From the NCBI GenBank assembly GCA_022813865.1, contig JALDZX010000025.1, forward strand, positions 124,001 to 188,000: a DNA stretch of 64,000 nucleotides. The letters run 5' to 3'. Shown here one piece after another: positions 51,578 to 64,000 of this stretch. Made by a program: the position numbers and the translations under genes. The notes beneath the pieces are model-generated. The model searched no databases. It was not told the DNA's origin and was given only the letters and a program-made list of their open reading frames with translations. Position 1 is the first letter of the stretch. Each line of letters starts with the position of its first letter. The stretch is from Xylographa opegraphella. Lineage: Eukaryota.

Positions 51578-53639
51578 TTACGAAACAACCGACGTATTCT
51601 TCTCATCCCTGCCCAGATTTTGGCCCGCGCCTACCGTGGCTTCCTCTCCACTGCCGTGCGCGGGATTCAAGCCGTTGACAATCAAGCCCTCGTCCCGAAT
51701 AGCTTCGGCTTGCTCCTCCGTCAAATCATCCGTGTCAATCGTGATCTTTGGACCTGTGAACCACTTGCGAGCATCGATAAAGTAATAAAGCAAGCTTCCG
51801 CCCCATACGCAAGAGTTTATAACCACGGTATAGTTCATTGTCGCCGCTATGAGGTACGTCAGCAGAGCCAGACAGCAGGAGCTGAGGAAGAAGAGAGCCT
51901 TACGGGTAGGATTTGGGCCTCCGACAGGGAACATGGACAGGAAGATCCCAAAGACAAGGAAGACGATTGCTGTCCAAGCAATGGGAATGGACAGTCTATC
52001 CCCGGTGTAAAATGGCCCCGGCTTGAACTTCCGCTGGCCCCAGACGATTCTCGCGAAGATTGGGGTTCCCCAGGCCAAGTTGTTGCCGGCAACAGCCAAG
52101 CTGAAGAGTGCCTGTGCAGCCGCCGGTGCAATAAGAGCGAGAAGTCCAAGTAGTGCAGCTAGGGCGACGCAACCCCAGATAGCACGGAGTGGGATGTAGC
52201 CAAATTTCTTAGAAATAGGACGGAAGAATTTGGAGAAGGGCAGGGCGCCGTCGCGCGAGAAAGCCCACGATTGGCGGGAGGCGGCGACCAGGATGGAGAG
52301 ACCCATCAGAAATTGGACGATGAAGAGGAGCGACATAAGGCCCAGAGTACCTTGTTTTCCTACAGCGTCGTAGTAAATCTGCCGGGTTGGTGAGTGATGG
52401 GACAAGAATGAGAATCTAGAATATCTTCGGATCTGATGCGAATGGTAAGACATACCTGTGCCATGGGTTGACCAAATGGGCTTCCAAGTACATTTGATAA
52501 GTTGGTGTCCATACATCCAGCAATGACAATAACGAGGATGAAGCCAAAAAGCCAGCAGGAGCCGATCGCCATGAGAATCCCATAAGGTACGGCTCGTGTG
52601 GCGTTGGCAGCCTCCTCGCTCATGTGTACGCAGGAATCAAAACCACCAATCGTCCAAATCGGACTCAACCATGCCAGCATGAAAGCCCAACCCGTCGGCC
52701 AAGTCGTCAGATTTTCTGTGTCGGCGAAGATGTATGAGCCACTATTGCGATTCATGGCCCTACCAACTGGAAGAGCGATAATAGTGGCGGTGATGAGAAT
52801 AAAGTTCATTATGACAAAGACTGTCTGCAACTTTCCCATGACTTTGGACAGAGTCGATGCGAGAATTCCATGACAGATGACGCAGCCGAGAAATACTGCA
52901 TAAATGACTCCATTGGACGGTGTATAGTTTCCGTCATTTGCGACGACAATGACCGAAAGAAACATCAGAGAAAAGCCGTCTACACACTTGTGAACCCAAT
53001 AGTCCCCGACAGCATAGATGATGTTGCTCACAATCGATAGAGCAAAGTCCTCCAACGAGACCCAACGTGTTACTGTATCCGACTAGGAAGCTCAATGGGT
53101 TTCTAGTCGCCGGTGACGCGAAGAAATGCGTCCACCAATATAATCCACCGGAAGTGGGCATGGCGGAGCCCAGATCGGCCTGAAAGTTCTAGTAATTGGC
53201 GTCTCTGTGTAGATTAGAGTGAGCTTACCATTGCCAGACCGACAATGAAGATAAATCCAGAAGCCAAGAACCAGCCCTGGGAATGATCAGTCAAGATCTC
53301 TCCAGTCTATTTGACAGTCCGGAATGGCAACTAACCCAGACCATACCGACAGGGCCTGCCGGTATCGAGTACGATAGCGTGGATGCGATTGATGGCAACA
53401 GTCCCATGATACTGAAGGCGATGCCGAACACCTCGATCATGGTAAAATTACGCCGTAGCTCCTGCTTGTAGCCAAGCTTTGCTGAGCAGATAATCAGCTA
53501 AATTCAGTCGCTATCGTGCGGTATTGGACTGTTTACCAAGCACGGCGGCATCTTCAGCTCCCCCCAGTTCCGGATGAGCAACAGCCTCAGAGGGTCTTCG
53601 TTGCTCTGGCTTGGGCGAGGTCTCCCCTTGCGACGACAT
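51578..53639 (-). CDS. Amino acid/GABA permease (ACT family, Uga4-like)
   Basis: LGYKQELRRNF, SAMPTSGGLYWW, GFDSCVHMSEEA, AFSRDGALPFS and ARKWFTGP; several introns. Confidence 0.9.
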
Positions 53640-54305
53640 ACTGCGGATCCTGATAAAGTACCCGTGAGAATCGGTGAATTGATGAACTCAGGCGGGGAAT
53701 CAAGGCGGGCTGATGCATGGTTATAAGTGTGGTGCGACCTGCACAGTCCCAGTCCAGCATCGTCGAAGTGGCGTGTCCCAGGGCGCTGATAGCGCAGGTC
53801 CTGCGATAAGCACCAGATCTGCGTATCGTAATGCCAGTATGCAAAGGATACGGTAAGGTGCTAAAACGTAAGCTCTAAGGTAGCTAAGCTGCTAAGATCA
53901 ACAACGGACTTACGGCTATCTAAGTAGTGGTTCTCGCTATCGTGGTACCGTGTTCTGAGCTGCAATGTCTCGCTTCGACGGCTTACTTCCAAGCGACATT
54001 CTGATCCTGGGATGAGCGTAGGTAATAGTGATGAGTCTCGAAAAGTCGGGATGGATCTATTCGATAGCAATACGAAGGTAGATAATGATGGTTTTGCTTG
54101 ACCAGTCACCTCTTAGCTTACGTTGGCAGATATCCTATCGCGAAGCGATAGGTCCTAGCTGATCACGTGATTAGGTCTTAGCAAGCACGGGAACGTGCAG
54201 CAGAGCCTCGATATCTTTCCCAACCCGAGTAAAGCCTGAACAAAGTGTGAAATCTGCTGTGAAGAATACATCCGTGACTTGGAACACTTTTCAGATTCCG
54301 GCGCA

Positions 54306-54883
54306 ATGATGCAGCGGCGTATGGTAGACACAATGCCAGATATCCAGTGCAAATTGCCTTAAGCTTATATCGCTTATAGCTCACCAAAGAAGACGAGGCG
54401 GCTGTCGGCGCCGACGAGACCGAGGTCCGGAGAGAAGACCAAGATAAGATCAATCGGTTCAGCAGGCTGCATCAGCGCGAAATGTTGCTGGAAGACGAGC
54501 TCAAAGCGAAAGCCGTAAGCTCAACCGAAGTATCCAAGCTTGTATCGACAATACTCATGTCGGTCGCAGAAGGACAAAGAAGATTTGGAAGAAATCTCTA
54601 ATGAATTAGAACTGGCGGACGAAGATGACAAGATCCCGTCGGTGGCAGTAATCTCACACTCTCGGAACGTAGGCTGATCGGCTCATCCAGGTACAAGATA
54701 GGAGACTCGTTCATCTCGTTACCGCTGCCCCAGGTGCAGGAGTTGCTCTCATCTTCGACGGAAAAAATCGAGGAAGAGGTCTCCACGGTGGAGGAGAAGC
54801 TAAGCGAGATTCGAGAAGAGATGCAGCAGCTGAAGGTGGCGCTGTATGCACGCTTCGGACGGAGTATCAACCTGGAGACATAG
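54306..54883 (+). CDS. GIM3: Prefoldin subunit 4 (Gim3)
   Basis: Four exons, absent from the ORF track: MMQRRM/..EVRREDQDKINRFSRLH../KDKEDLEEISNELELADEDDKIP/YKIGDSF..LYARFGRSINLET*. Confidence 0.9.
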
Positions 54884-55319
54884 CCTCTCGCCTGAGATCG
54901 CTGGACTGATATCCCTAATGCAATGCCTCTGCACATCGGCGAATAGTATGTGGTGGGTACTCATCATCTCTACGAAGTCGCCACTGGCTTTCAACCCAGG
55001 AAATACCAGCTGTGGCGCAGTCACCACACTGATGCACAGGAAAAAGTCATTGGTGGAGGCCCAAGCCGTACCTCTCTCACTTAAACAGTGCTGATTACCG
55101 CTCAGTCAGGCAAAATCATCTTCTGCAGGGCATTTTCGAAGAAGTGAGCGAAGTTGATGACAGGTAAGAATTTGAGCCTCAGACCAAGCTCAAACAACAT
55201 ATAGACACATACAATAATTCAGAATCTATGTACAGCGAATCATTCAAGCTTATCCAATATCATACATCATGCATCGACCCTCCAAAATCACCCCCACTCT
55301 CACTCTCCAATCACTTCAC

Positions 55320-55874
55320 TCACCTCACCACCCCATCCCCAACCCCACCACCCTCCTTCCCCCTCCCAAACATCCCCTTCAAGCCCCTCTTCCTCGGCGC
55401 CTCCTCTCGCACCAAACTCCCATAAGCCGGCGGCTCATCCCTCACCCCCGCCCTCCCACTCCCCGCCATCCTCTCCTCCTCCTCACTGCCCCTTTCCCTC
55501 ATACTCCCGCCATCCCCGAAGCTCTCTCTCCCCGGCCCATCCGCAAACGGATCCACTGCCTCTCCCCTCCCCACACTTCTTTCCGCACTCAACGGCGTGC
55601 TCGGCGGCGCGTACCCCTGGGGCTGCAAGCGCGCCATCCGCGCCGCGTTATCCTTCTCTAGCTCGGAGAAGCGCTGCGCATTGCCTTCTTTACGATCACG
55701 GCGCTTTTGACGGGTGGTTTTGACTCTGCGAGTGTGGGGGGGGCGGTTAGCGGGATTGTTTGAGCGGCGGTGTGAGTAGAGGGTTGGAGTACGGTTGAGG
55801 GGGGGGGTGGGATAGCGAATGAAGGCATACTTGTCATATGTGAGTATCCCGGCGGCGACGATGAGGGAGGCCAT
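55320..55874 (-). CDS. Small hypothetical protein (hydrophobic N-terminus, short coiled coil, PPAY motif)
   Basis: MASLIVAAGILTYDK, probable intron ~55729-55828 with GCTAAC branch, then VKTTRQKRRDRK..NAQRFSELEKDN. Confidence 0.55.
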   Translation of the reverse strand: MASLIVAAGILTYDKYAFIRYPTPPLNRTPTLYSHRRSNNPANRPPHTRRVKTTRQKRRDRKEGNAQRFSELEKDNAARMARLQPQGYAPPSTPLSAERSVGRGEAVDPFADGPGRESFGDGGSMRERGSEEEERMAGSGRAGVRDEPPAYGSLVREEAPRKRGLKGMFGRGKEGGGVGDGVVR

Positions 55875-56312
55875 TTTTTTGGGTTGTGGCTGCGGCTGTG
55901 GTTGTGGGCTGGAGAGGATTGGGGGGGCGATAGGTTTCTTAGATGGGCGAGGGCTTGCAATGCGTGAATATTGTTGTAAAACGGTGGACGTTGGAGAGGG
56001 CAATTTGGGTCTGGGCAAAAGTGTCCGTCGTAGGACGCCCGTAGGATGCGACTCGCTCTGTTACTTAAGCTATGCTCCGGACCTGCCTGACAGTGGAAAG
56101 TCCCTCGGACGTCATCCATGCCGCAGCGAGTCTTGGCGTCATCCAAGCCCTAGTGCTAGGGCTAAGTGCGCCCCGCGCTAACGCCTTTCAGGCTTGCAGC
56201 TGGGCTTTCGCTTTGTGGATTACGCGGACAACAAAACGGGAGGAGTATAATCGCCGCTGACATGAAGCGGATTTGATTGGGGTTTTACATATACAGCGCA
56301 CTTCGTGGTAGT

Positions 56313-59300
56313 CTACAACAGCATCGAATCCAAGCTCTCCCCCAGTATCCCCTCAATCTGGAGGATCCATGTCCCGACTTCCCGCTCCACCCGCTCGTCA
56401 TCATCCTCCTGCAGCTCACTGATGAAGGGCAGCATCTCCGGTAATAGACTTAGCCATTCCTCTCCAAGCTTACCCGTAAGGCTCATCTCGCACTGTACGG
56501 CAGCTAGCCTGACGGCGGCATTGTCGGAGCGCATATGCGCGAGGATAGCGGCGTTAAGTGATTTGTGGTGATCAGGGGAGTCGGCGGCTACGGCAAGGGC
56601 CGTGATGCATGGTATAAGGTCTGGAGAGTCTTTGTGTAGCGCTCCATGGCTTAATTGTGCGAGGAGGGGTGGGAATATAGCGGCGAAATGTGATGGCGCC
56701 TGCCAGAACTCTGTGCTCGTTGATTAGCTTGGTGAACATGATCAGCAAGCTCGAGATTATATACCGTCTTGGTCATGTTCGAAAGACGAAGTTAAGGCGG
56801 CAATGACTCGACTCCATAGTGTCACCGAGTCTGGGTCATTCGTAGAGATGGTGTTCAGGACTTTCACGGCATCTTCAATGATGAAGCTGGCATAGTTTGT
56901 GACGATTGACTAAATAAGGTCAGCCCGAACCGACCAACTACAATAGATGTAATGCCCATACTTTTAGTGTATTGAAGAATGCATGTAAGAACGTATACCA
57001 TGAGATCTGACGGAAAATCTTCCCTTGTTTTTCTTTCGTACCTGTTGGCGTGGTGGCCCATTCTAAAATCTTCACAAAAAGCGGTCTGAAAATCGCGTCG
57101 TTCAACTTGTATATCATCTTAATAGCGACATCGTCGCTTATCTTTTCCACCTCATCCATTTCTTCATTATCGTAGCTGTCGGTCGTGCGAGGGCTACACT
57201 GAATACGCCGGAGGTCGAAAACTTTCAGGAAAAGATTGAGCAGTGATTGTGAATGCTTCGCGATGACCGACTTTGGCTGCCGCTCTATGGTTAATTGGAG
57301 AATCTCCAAGTGTTCGCTTACAGCCTGTCTTTCGTTTAGTATGCTCTTCTTCTTATTCAAAGGTATCTCCTGCTGCTACCTACATCAGGTCCCTCCACCA
57401 TCGCACTATCCCATGTTCGGAGTAATGCACCAAAGCATTCCTGAGGGCCCGCTTGCTTAGCTATCAGATTCAATACCTCCTTGCGAGCTACGTTGCAATC
57501 CGCAGGTAACCCTGCATTAGCAGACTCGTGAGATGTTTTCAATGCTCGATCTAGATATGGCCCAGTCATAATCCAGGGAATATATAGAAGCAGCGAACCA
57601 AGGAAAGAGTATGCCGCATTGTGCATACTTGAGTCCACATCCTCTCCACCTAAAATAGCTTCCAAATGATCCATAGCTTTCGGTAATGCGTGAGGAATAA
57701 TGAGTATGATTGCCTCGCCGAGCACCTCGACTGAGGTCGAAAGGCATAATAGTGCCATTATACGGAGTCTTGAATCGTCTGCTCCTAAGCACATATTACT
57801 TGCAACCACTTTCATGACAGCCCAAACAGCTTCCACATCTTTCTTTCCATATCTCTCAATAATACGATCAATGCAAGAGGTAGCAGAATGTAGAAGCAGT
57901 AGATCAGACGAGCTTTCCAAAATAAATGATAGTTCGGCAAGAAAGTTGATACATGCTTCTTGTGCGGCATGATTGCCTGCACTCTCCGTACCAATCCTAT
58001 GCTCAAGTGATCTCAAAACCTGCCGCTGGACCTAGCTTGAATTAGCACCTGCACACTAGAATATAGTGGAATGGATTTGTTTACATTGGTATTGCCTCGC
58101 TTTAGTAGAATTTCGAGCGAATTGATAGATTCCCCCAAAGAGAGCAAGCCAAGAAGAGCATCAAGCATGAGATCGCAAGCGCTTGGGACTGCCAGCACGG
58201 TCAACATATTACCCGAACCAATTGAGGGATGACCTACGCTTTGTGTAAGGCCGCACTTGTTCTGCTAGCAGTAATGTGGCCTCAACCAGATTTGAATATA
58301 TTTGACGTAGTTGTACTACATCATCGCTCTTGTCCGAAAGTAATCGAGCGGATCTCGAAATCAGGCGCGGCGCACGAAAGATATTTGGTGGAAGCGAAAG
58401 TAGATTCATAGCTGTACTTGTTCGAGTACGACCGTCACCGAACGTCAGAAAATGACTAGAGACTGTAGGCTTTGGTTTGAGAGAATCAAGAACTACTTCC
58501 AAGTACTTTTCCATCGTCTGAACACAAATTAGCTTGAAAGATACTGCTTCCACCCTAATTGGATGGACCAACCTTCAGCTGAATTAGCGGACTGTATTGG
58601 CTTGTAAATGCCTGGATAAACTGATTGATTTCTCTGCTATCCCCATATCGATCCAATAGCAATACCAACAGCGCGAAAAGAAACTCCTCAGGTCCAAGCT
58701 TATCAATCAATGAAGAAAATAGACCATTTCTTCGGTGATTCGGTATATGCTCAAAGGCAGCGACAAAGCTGAGGAGTAGTCCCGAGGCTCCGGCTAGCGG
58801 ACCACCCTTCTGTTTCCGTAATGCTTCAACTAGTGGTGGGATAATTGATTCGATAGTCTTGAAATATTTTAGCAGTCCATTGTGAAGAGATTTTTTGATT
58901 ACATGATGGTTATAACATACCTGATCAATGATGTGGGCAGAATAATCATCCGATTGACGTAGTAGACCTGTGCTCATGAAGGTGAACACCGGCATTACAC
59001 TATGTATGATGAGCTCGGGGATGACGGTCGCCAGACTCGACATGAGCATTAGAGCAGCTTGCTGGACCTGGGTATTTGATGCTGTCCTGAAACATTCTAC
59101 GATAACATCTGGGCGTACCGCGGAACGATCGAGTTGAATATCTGCGGTAGCCTATCATAAATTAAACTCCGTTGTTGACTTTCAGGTTGAGGTACACTAT
59201 AATTACCTTCGATTGTTCCACAATCCGGTATAAAGAACGAAGCACAAGAGATTGCAGGTATCCCAACTCAATTCCGAGCTGGACTTTAGAATGCTGCAAA

Positions 59301-62208
59301 TTCATAAGTACTTGAAAGAGCTCCCTTGTTAGGACTGAATTAGTTGCGTTCTTGGATGCCTCGACCAGTTCGAGAACAATCGTAATATGCCGTAGCGCGT
59401 GTTGCATTCCTTCTGAAGGCCTATCATCGTGACTTTGCACATGTCCATTGCTAGTTCGGCGACGCTTTGTTTGCGCTGGTCCATCTCCAGACATAGCTGG
59501 CAACGCCGGAATAGTTCCTAATAGGTGGTGAAGCGTATTGGCAGACACTGGTACTACACGAAGGACCTCTAAAGCGTCCCCTTGAATATCGTCAGCTTGC
59601 CCAACCGTGGATTCGGTGAGTGTAAGCGCTAATAATGTTTCTGCAAACGAAACCTGCGCATCAGGCTTGGTGGAAGGCCACAAGTTGCGAACTTGGTGTA
59701 CTGCTGCCCTTTGTAGCGATACAGGGGGTAGAGAGTCATCTAAAGCAATAATGCGCTGGAGAATTCGAATTCCATCTCTATCATTTGGCGCAACAATCTT
59801 GACCACCTCTCCAAAAAATCTTGACTTATCAATATCCTCCGCCTCACAGTGATCTGTGACGCTCTTTTCGTTCTCTTTTTCTTGAGCTAGCAGTAGAGGT
59901 AAGAGTGTCTTGGACTTAGATACACCTCCCACTTTGCTTATTCTATTCAACATCGACAGAAGTCGAAACTTTACCCTATAAATAGGCGTATAAACTATAT
60001 GACTGCCTACTGAAACTAGAATTGCACCCTTTGTAGAATTCCTTAGACCTTTTGCCGGTGTTTGTAAGCCTTTAGACTGATGTGGTCCATCCAGAGAATC
60101 TACTAAGAGCCGGGCCACATGGTTTTCATCCTGGCGAATCTCCTCTAAGTTCGGTATGAGGATTTCTCGAACAAAGCGAGAAGCATCGGCAATTGAGAGC
60201 CATGAAACTCCTTTAGTCTCGCTACCCGATCCGTAAATATTGTCAGATCCGAGTATTGGTCCAACAAATTCCTTCTTGTCGTCTCCTAGTTCCAGGTATG
60301 TTGAAGCGAGCTTCAGAGAAAGTTCAGAAGCAGCATGTCGTACTTTTATACTTGGATCTGCTAATGCGTAGATGATGTAGGGAAAAAGCATTTGAAGATC
60401 AGCTGTAACATTCTGCACGCTTAGATAGTTCTGGACACTCATGATCGCAGAGGCTCTGGATCCGGCTGAATGAGGACCACACCAATACCGGATAAAGAAC
60501 GAGAAGAAAAGGGGTTCGGATAAAGCCAATGTTTTTCGGAGAACAGGCAGATCTGAAAACTTCTCCAGTTCAAATGGCGAAGACGAAGCCAGCAAGAACG
60601 CTTTAGACAGACTGCCGTAGACATAAGACTGCGAATGCGACAAAAGGGAAATCTCGTAAGCTGTTCTAGTAGGAATGTGATGAGATATGGATTCGAGTGT
60701 TTGCAATTGAGGCTCTTCAGTTACCTCATCCATTTCGATATCCTCGGTTGTTTGGTCTTGCTGCTTGTCCTTGGGGACAAGCACCATCTGCAGTTTTGCT
60801 TCGAGACTCTCCATGTCTGTTTTAGTCTCCCTAATGGTATCTTGCACCAAACTGCCAACTATTTCTGAATCCATCAACCGCAGTATCAGGTCTGCCAATT
60901 GACCTTGCAAATCCTGGTCTCCTTCTGGTGCTGCTTCACTGTTTTTCGCTGCGGCCACAATTGCCCTGATCGCTAATACGATATGAGTATTGCTCATGAA
61001 ACGTCCTTCAATGGCCATCCTGACGAAGGTCAAGCGGTAAAGGTCTACCTCCTGTATTCTGTCAAGAGTACCGAGTACAAGACCAATCACGAACTTGTCG
61101 ACCCGGTACTGTTCACTCAGTACAGAAAGGTCGTTTTCAATCCCCTGGATGGACATCACAGCCTTGAGAATCTTCTTTGGTAGATGCACGTTCTGCCTCC
61201 GCTGTGAGAGGACAACCAAGCAGATCAGTCCAGCGTGTGTCGTATTCGGGGTCCAGTTCATGACAACCGCTTCCATCATAGCCAACAATACTTTCTCACT
61301 CAAGGCCAGTTTTGATGCAACTACGGTCAAAATCATGTAACAACCAACCCTGAGGTCAGGTACTTCACGCTTTGCAAGGCCTTCGTTGAGAAATGGAAGT
61401 ATGCGTAGTAATATGTCTTCTTCCTTCTTTCTCTGTATCTCTCGTCTGCCAGACAAGGACTCATCTATGAGTCCAGCGACTGCCTCAGTCATAATCGTAG
61501 CCCAGCAAGAAACAAACGCAGCATAGTGATGCCCTGCACTACTGGCCTTCATCATATAGCTGTTCAAAGCGGAAAAGAATGTTTGATTGTGGATCGCCGT
61601 GTACACAATGGTATGCCTTGGAGGACACGCGAAAGACTTGATATATGGATGTAAGAACTTCAGAGGTGGTGGGATGTTCTCGGGGAAAATCGAGAGCAAG
61701 GTCGCAAATATTGGCATAGTATGGTATGGAAGAAAGGTCAATGTAAGACACAAGATATTGTGTTCATGTACTCTGCGGTATAATGTCAGCTGGATTGTAC
61801 AACAAATGCTCGAATGTAACGAGAGTCGAACCTAAACCGCCTAACGAGCCACTCGACCGCCTTCAGCGCTGGTCTCAACAACAGCCGAGCACCCACCAAG
61901 CTGAGAAAGCTTTCCAAGACTTCATCAAGCTCTTTGTTCTGTGCATCAGTCATTTGCGACCTCTCTTGCGTCTTACTTTGCTCGCTGAAAATGCTCCGAG
62001 CAAAATTTATGAACCTTTTATCCATCTGACATAGCTCCTGGTAGCCCTCTATACAGATTTGGTAGATGGTATCAAAATCCTGAGAAGCAGCCACATTCTG
62101 GTCGAACAATAACGATTTTGAGTGAGCCCGCTTTTGTGCTTTGAGGTCTAGAGGATTGGTAGATTTGGCAGCTATCTGGGCCAACTGTGCGGTCAAAACG
62201 GTCGCCAT
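56313..62208 (-). CDS. UTP10: U3 snoRNA-associated protein 10 (HEAT repeat, BP28CT)
   Basis: MATVLTAQLAQIA..SLLFD, KAVEWLVRRF, LTFLPYH, KLNDAIFRPLF and LLPEMLPFISELQEDDDERVE; many introns. Confidence 0.93.
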
Positions 62209-62488
62209 CCTTCGGCGATCTCAATGACAGCTTCTATCAACTGTAATTGAGCAGGTCGTTGCCCATCTGATCAGAGCTTCCACAGAAAAAACATTTCTAC
62301 AGATCACTCTTTCACACTAGCAATTTTAATCAACGGGAATTTTTCGCGACTCTTATCCTAGGCCTAGCCTAGTCCTAATCCTGGGACCTAGCCTCGGCTC
62401 GGCAAAAGTTGCTCTATGAAACATTCGACTCGCAACCAAGTTGGAGCAGCTAAGGTACTTTCAAATTCCGTTTGTACATAGACGCAGC

Positions 62489-64000
62489 ATGACGGAGGAA
62501 ACTACTGTACGTCAGTAACTAAGATTGTCCGGGATAATAAGCTCTTACTGATATAAATTTTCCAGATTTTCAATAAACCAGTACCCAAATTTGCAAGCTT
62601 CCGCCCCAAGCCTGAGCCGCCAGCATTGAGTCCTCCAAGAGGAAGCTCTGATTCCTCCAAACACACAGAAGATGGGCAGGCAAATGCTATCTTACTTCCA
62701 GAATCTTCCACACGACATCGGCATAGGAAACATGCCGCACCTGAGCACAAATCTAAACGCCTGAGACACCTACAGTCGGAAGACAGGCGTGGAGAGGACT
62801 CCGTATCGCAAGTCAATACTACCTGTTGGAAAGAGCCGGAGCTTTACGTTGTTGATGTATCTGGGGATACCGCCAATGTGAAATACGGCTCTCTACACAG
62901 CTACAGTGTTCCTTCGTTCTTTCGGAGTGGCTACGGCAACATCCTTGGCTTATCATCGAGTCTCAAGGTCAATCGACAGCTCAGCAATGATAAGTACCTT
63001 GTTGTATCAGGTCCCGACAACACCGGCTACCTCAAAAGGAACAAGGCAGCATTTGCAAAAGTGGGCCGCGGGCGAGCGACCAAGGTCAAGTCCATCACGC
63101 CAGCTATTGAGCTGCTTGGGAATCGTGAGGCCGACTTCATTCCGATTGACGGTGGAAGAACCAAGAAACGACGGCGTCTTGATGATGTCTTATGGGGCTC
63201 TGGTTCGAACACAGATGATGAGCAACATCATTACAGATCAATCGAAGGAAAGGCAAAGCCTTCAATTGACGTGGAGGACTCTGATATCGAGTTCAATGAA
63301 GATGCTTCCGATCTTGGACAGACAAAAACATTGGCTGACGAGGTAATGTTGCACAAAGCTGCATTAACTAGGAAACTAGACTTGGAGCCTGGCAATGGCG
63401 CGGCATGGCTCGATCTTATCAATTACCAGGGGCACATTCTTCTGGGTCGTTCTCTGGATCAAAGAGCCAATGCCGCCGAAACCACGAGCACCGCAGATAT
63501 AAAGCTGTCTATGTACGAGAAAGCTTTGAACGCGGTGAAAGATCCGGAACTCGTTGAACAATTAATTATTGGCATGATGCACGAGGGTGCTAAGCTGTGG
63601 GATGTCAAGAAGCTTGCAAATAGATGGCAAAATGTGCTGCAAGAGAATCCTCATTATATCAACTTATGGACAAAATATTTGGACTTTCAGCAAACCAACT
63701 CTGCGAGCTTCCACTTTGACGAGCTCAGAGAAGTGTATCGGAAATGTCTAGGTATTCTGCGGGTAGCACTTCTGCGGGCAGAGGGTGAGGTGGCAAAACA
63801 GGACCATCTCATCACAATTCAGTTGTATCTACTTCTGCGATTGACCGTATGCTTGAGAGAGGCAGGCTATGCCGAGCAATCCGTCGCGATCTGGCAAGTG
63901 GTTTTCGAGTTCAACTTGTACAGACCCTCGAACTCTGGGAACGAGAAGACCCCTCTATCTTTCGAGAAGCTAAGAATAAGTTTCGAAGACTTCTGGGAAA
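62489..64000 (+). CDS. NRDE-2 family (Nrl1/DUF1740) protein, 3'-truncated by the window
   Basis: MTEETT/intron ~62507-62565/PVPKFASFRPK; VDVSGDTANVKYGSLH, KLSMYEKAL, LWTKYLDFQQT, EAGYAEQSVAIWQ and FEDFWE; frame still open at window end. Confidence 0.82.

Noticed and set aside
1..64000. tRNA, rRNA or intact transposable elements
   Set aside because: None recognised by eye; tRNAscan-SE and RepeatMasker were not run

Overview
Gene-dense eukaryotic DNA from a filamentous ascomycete (Pezizomycotina). Short GT-AG introns with CTAAC/CTGAC branch points support this; a lichen-forming lineage is only a guess. About 23 intact protein-coding genes are present, mostly housekeeping: signal peptide peptidase, Rrp43, Sgf11-like, GNAT, glucokinase, Zn2Cys6 TF, Mic19, Rab escort protein, MFS, Poa1-like macrodomain, OMP decarboxylase, aquaporin, Scs7, Pad-1/RBM39, secreted metallophosphoesterase, Rdh54, SET methyltransferase, GABA-type permease, prefoldin 4, Utp10 and NRDE-2 (runs off the window end). 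The most notable accessory part is ~39.1-45.0 kb. It holds an NLR-like NACHT-ankyrin gene with ~10 near-identical 99-bp repeats, head-to-head with decayed CorA-like and protein-kinase remnants carrying RIP-type stop codons. Also noted are an intronic U34/snR62-like C/D snoRNA with a possible second guide, a collapsed DHA2 MFS pseudogene opposite the Zn2Cys6 TF with CGG palindromes between them, and recurring GC-rich islands with a C-to-G skew switch. All calls come from reading motifs by eye; no searches were run and exon boundaries are approximate.
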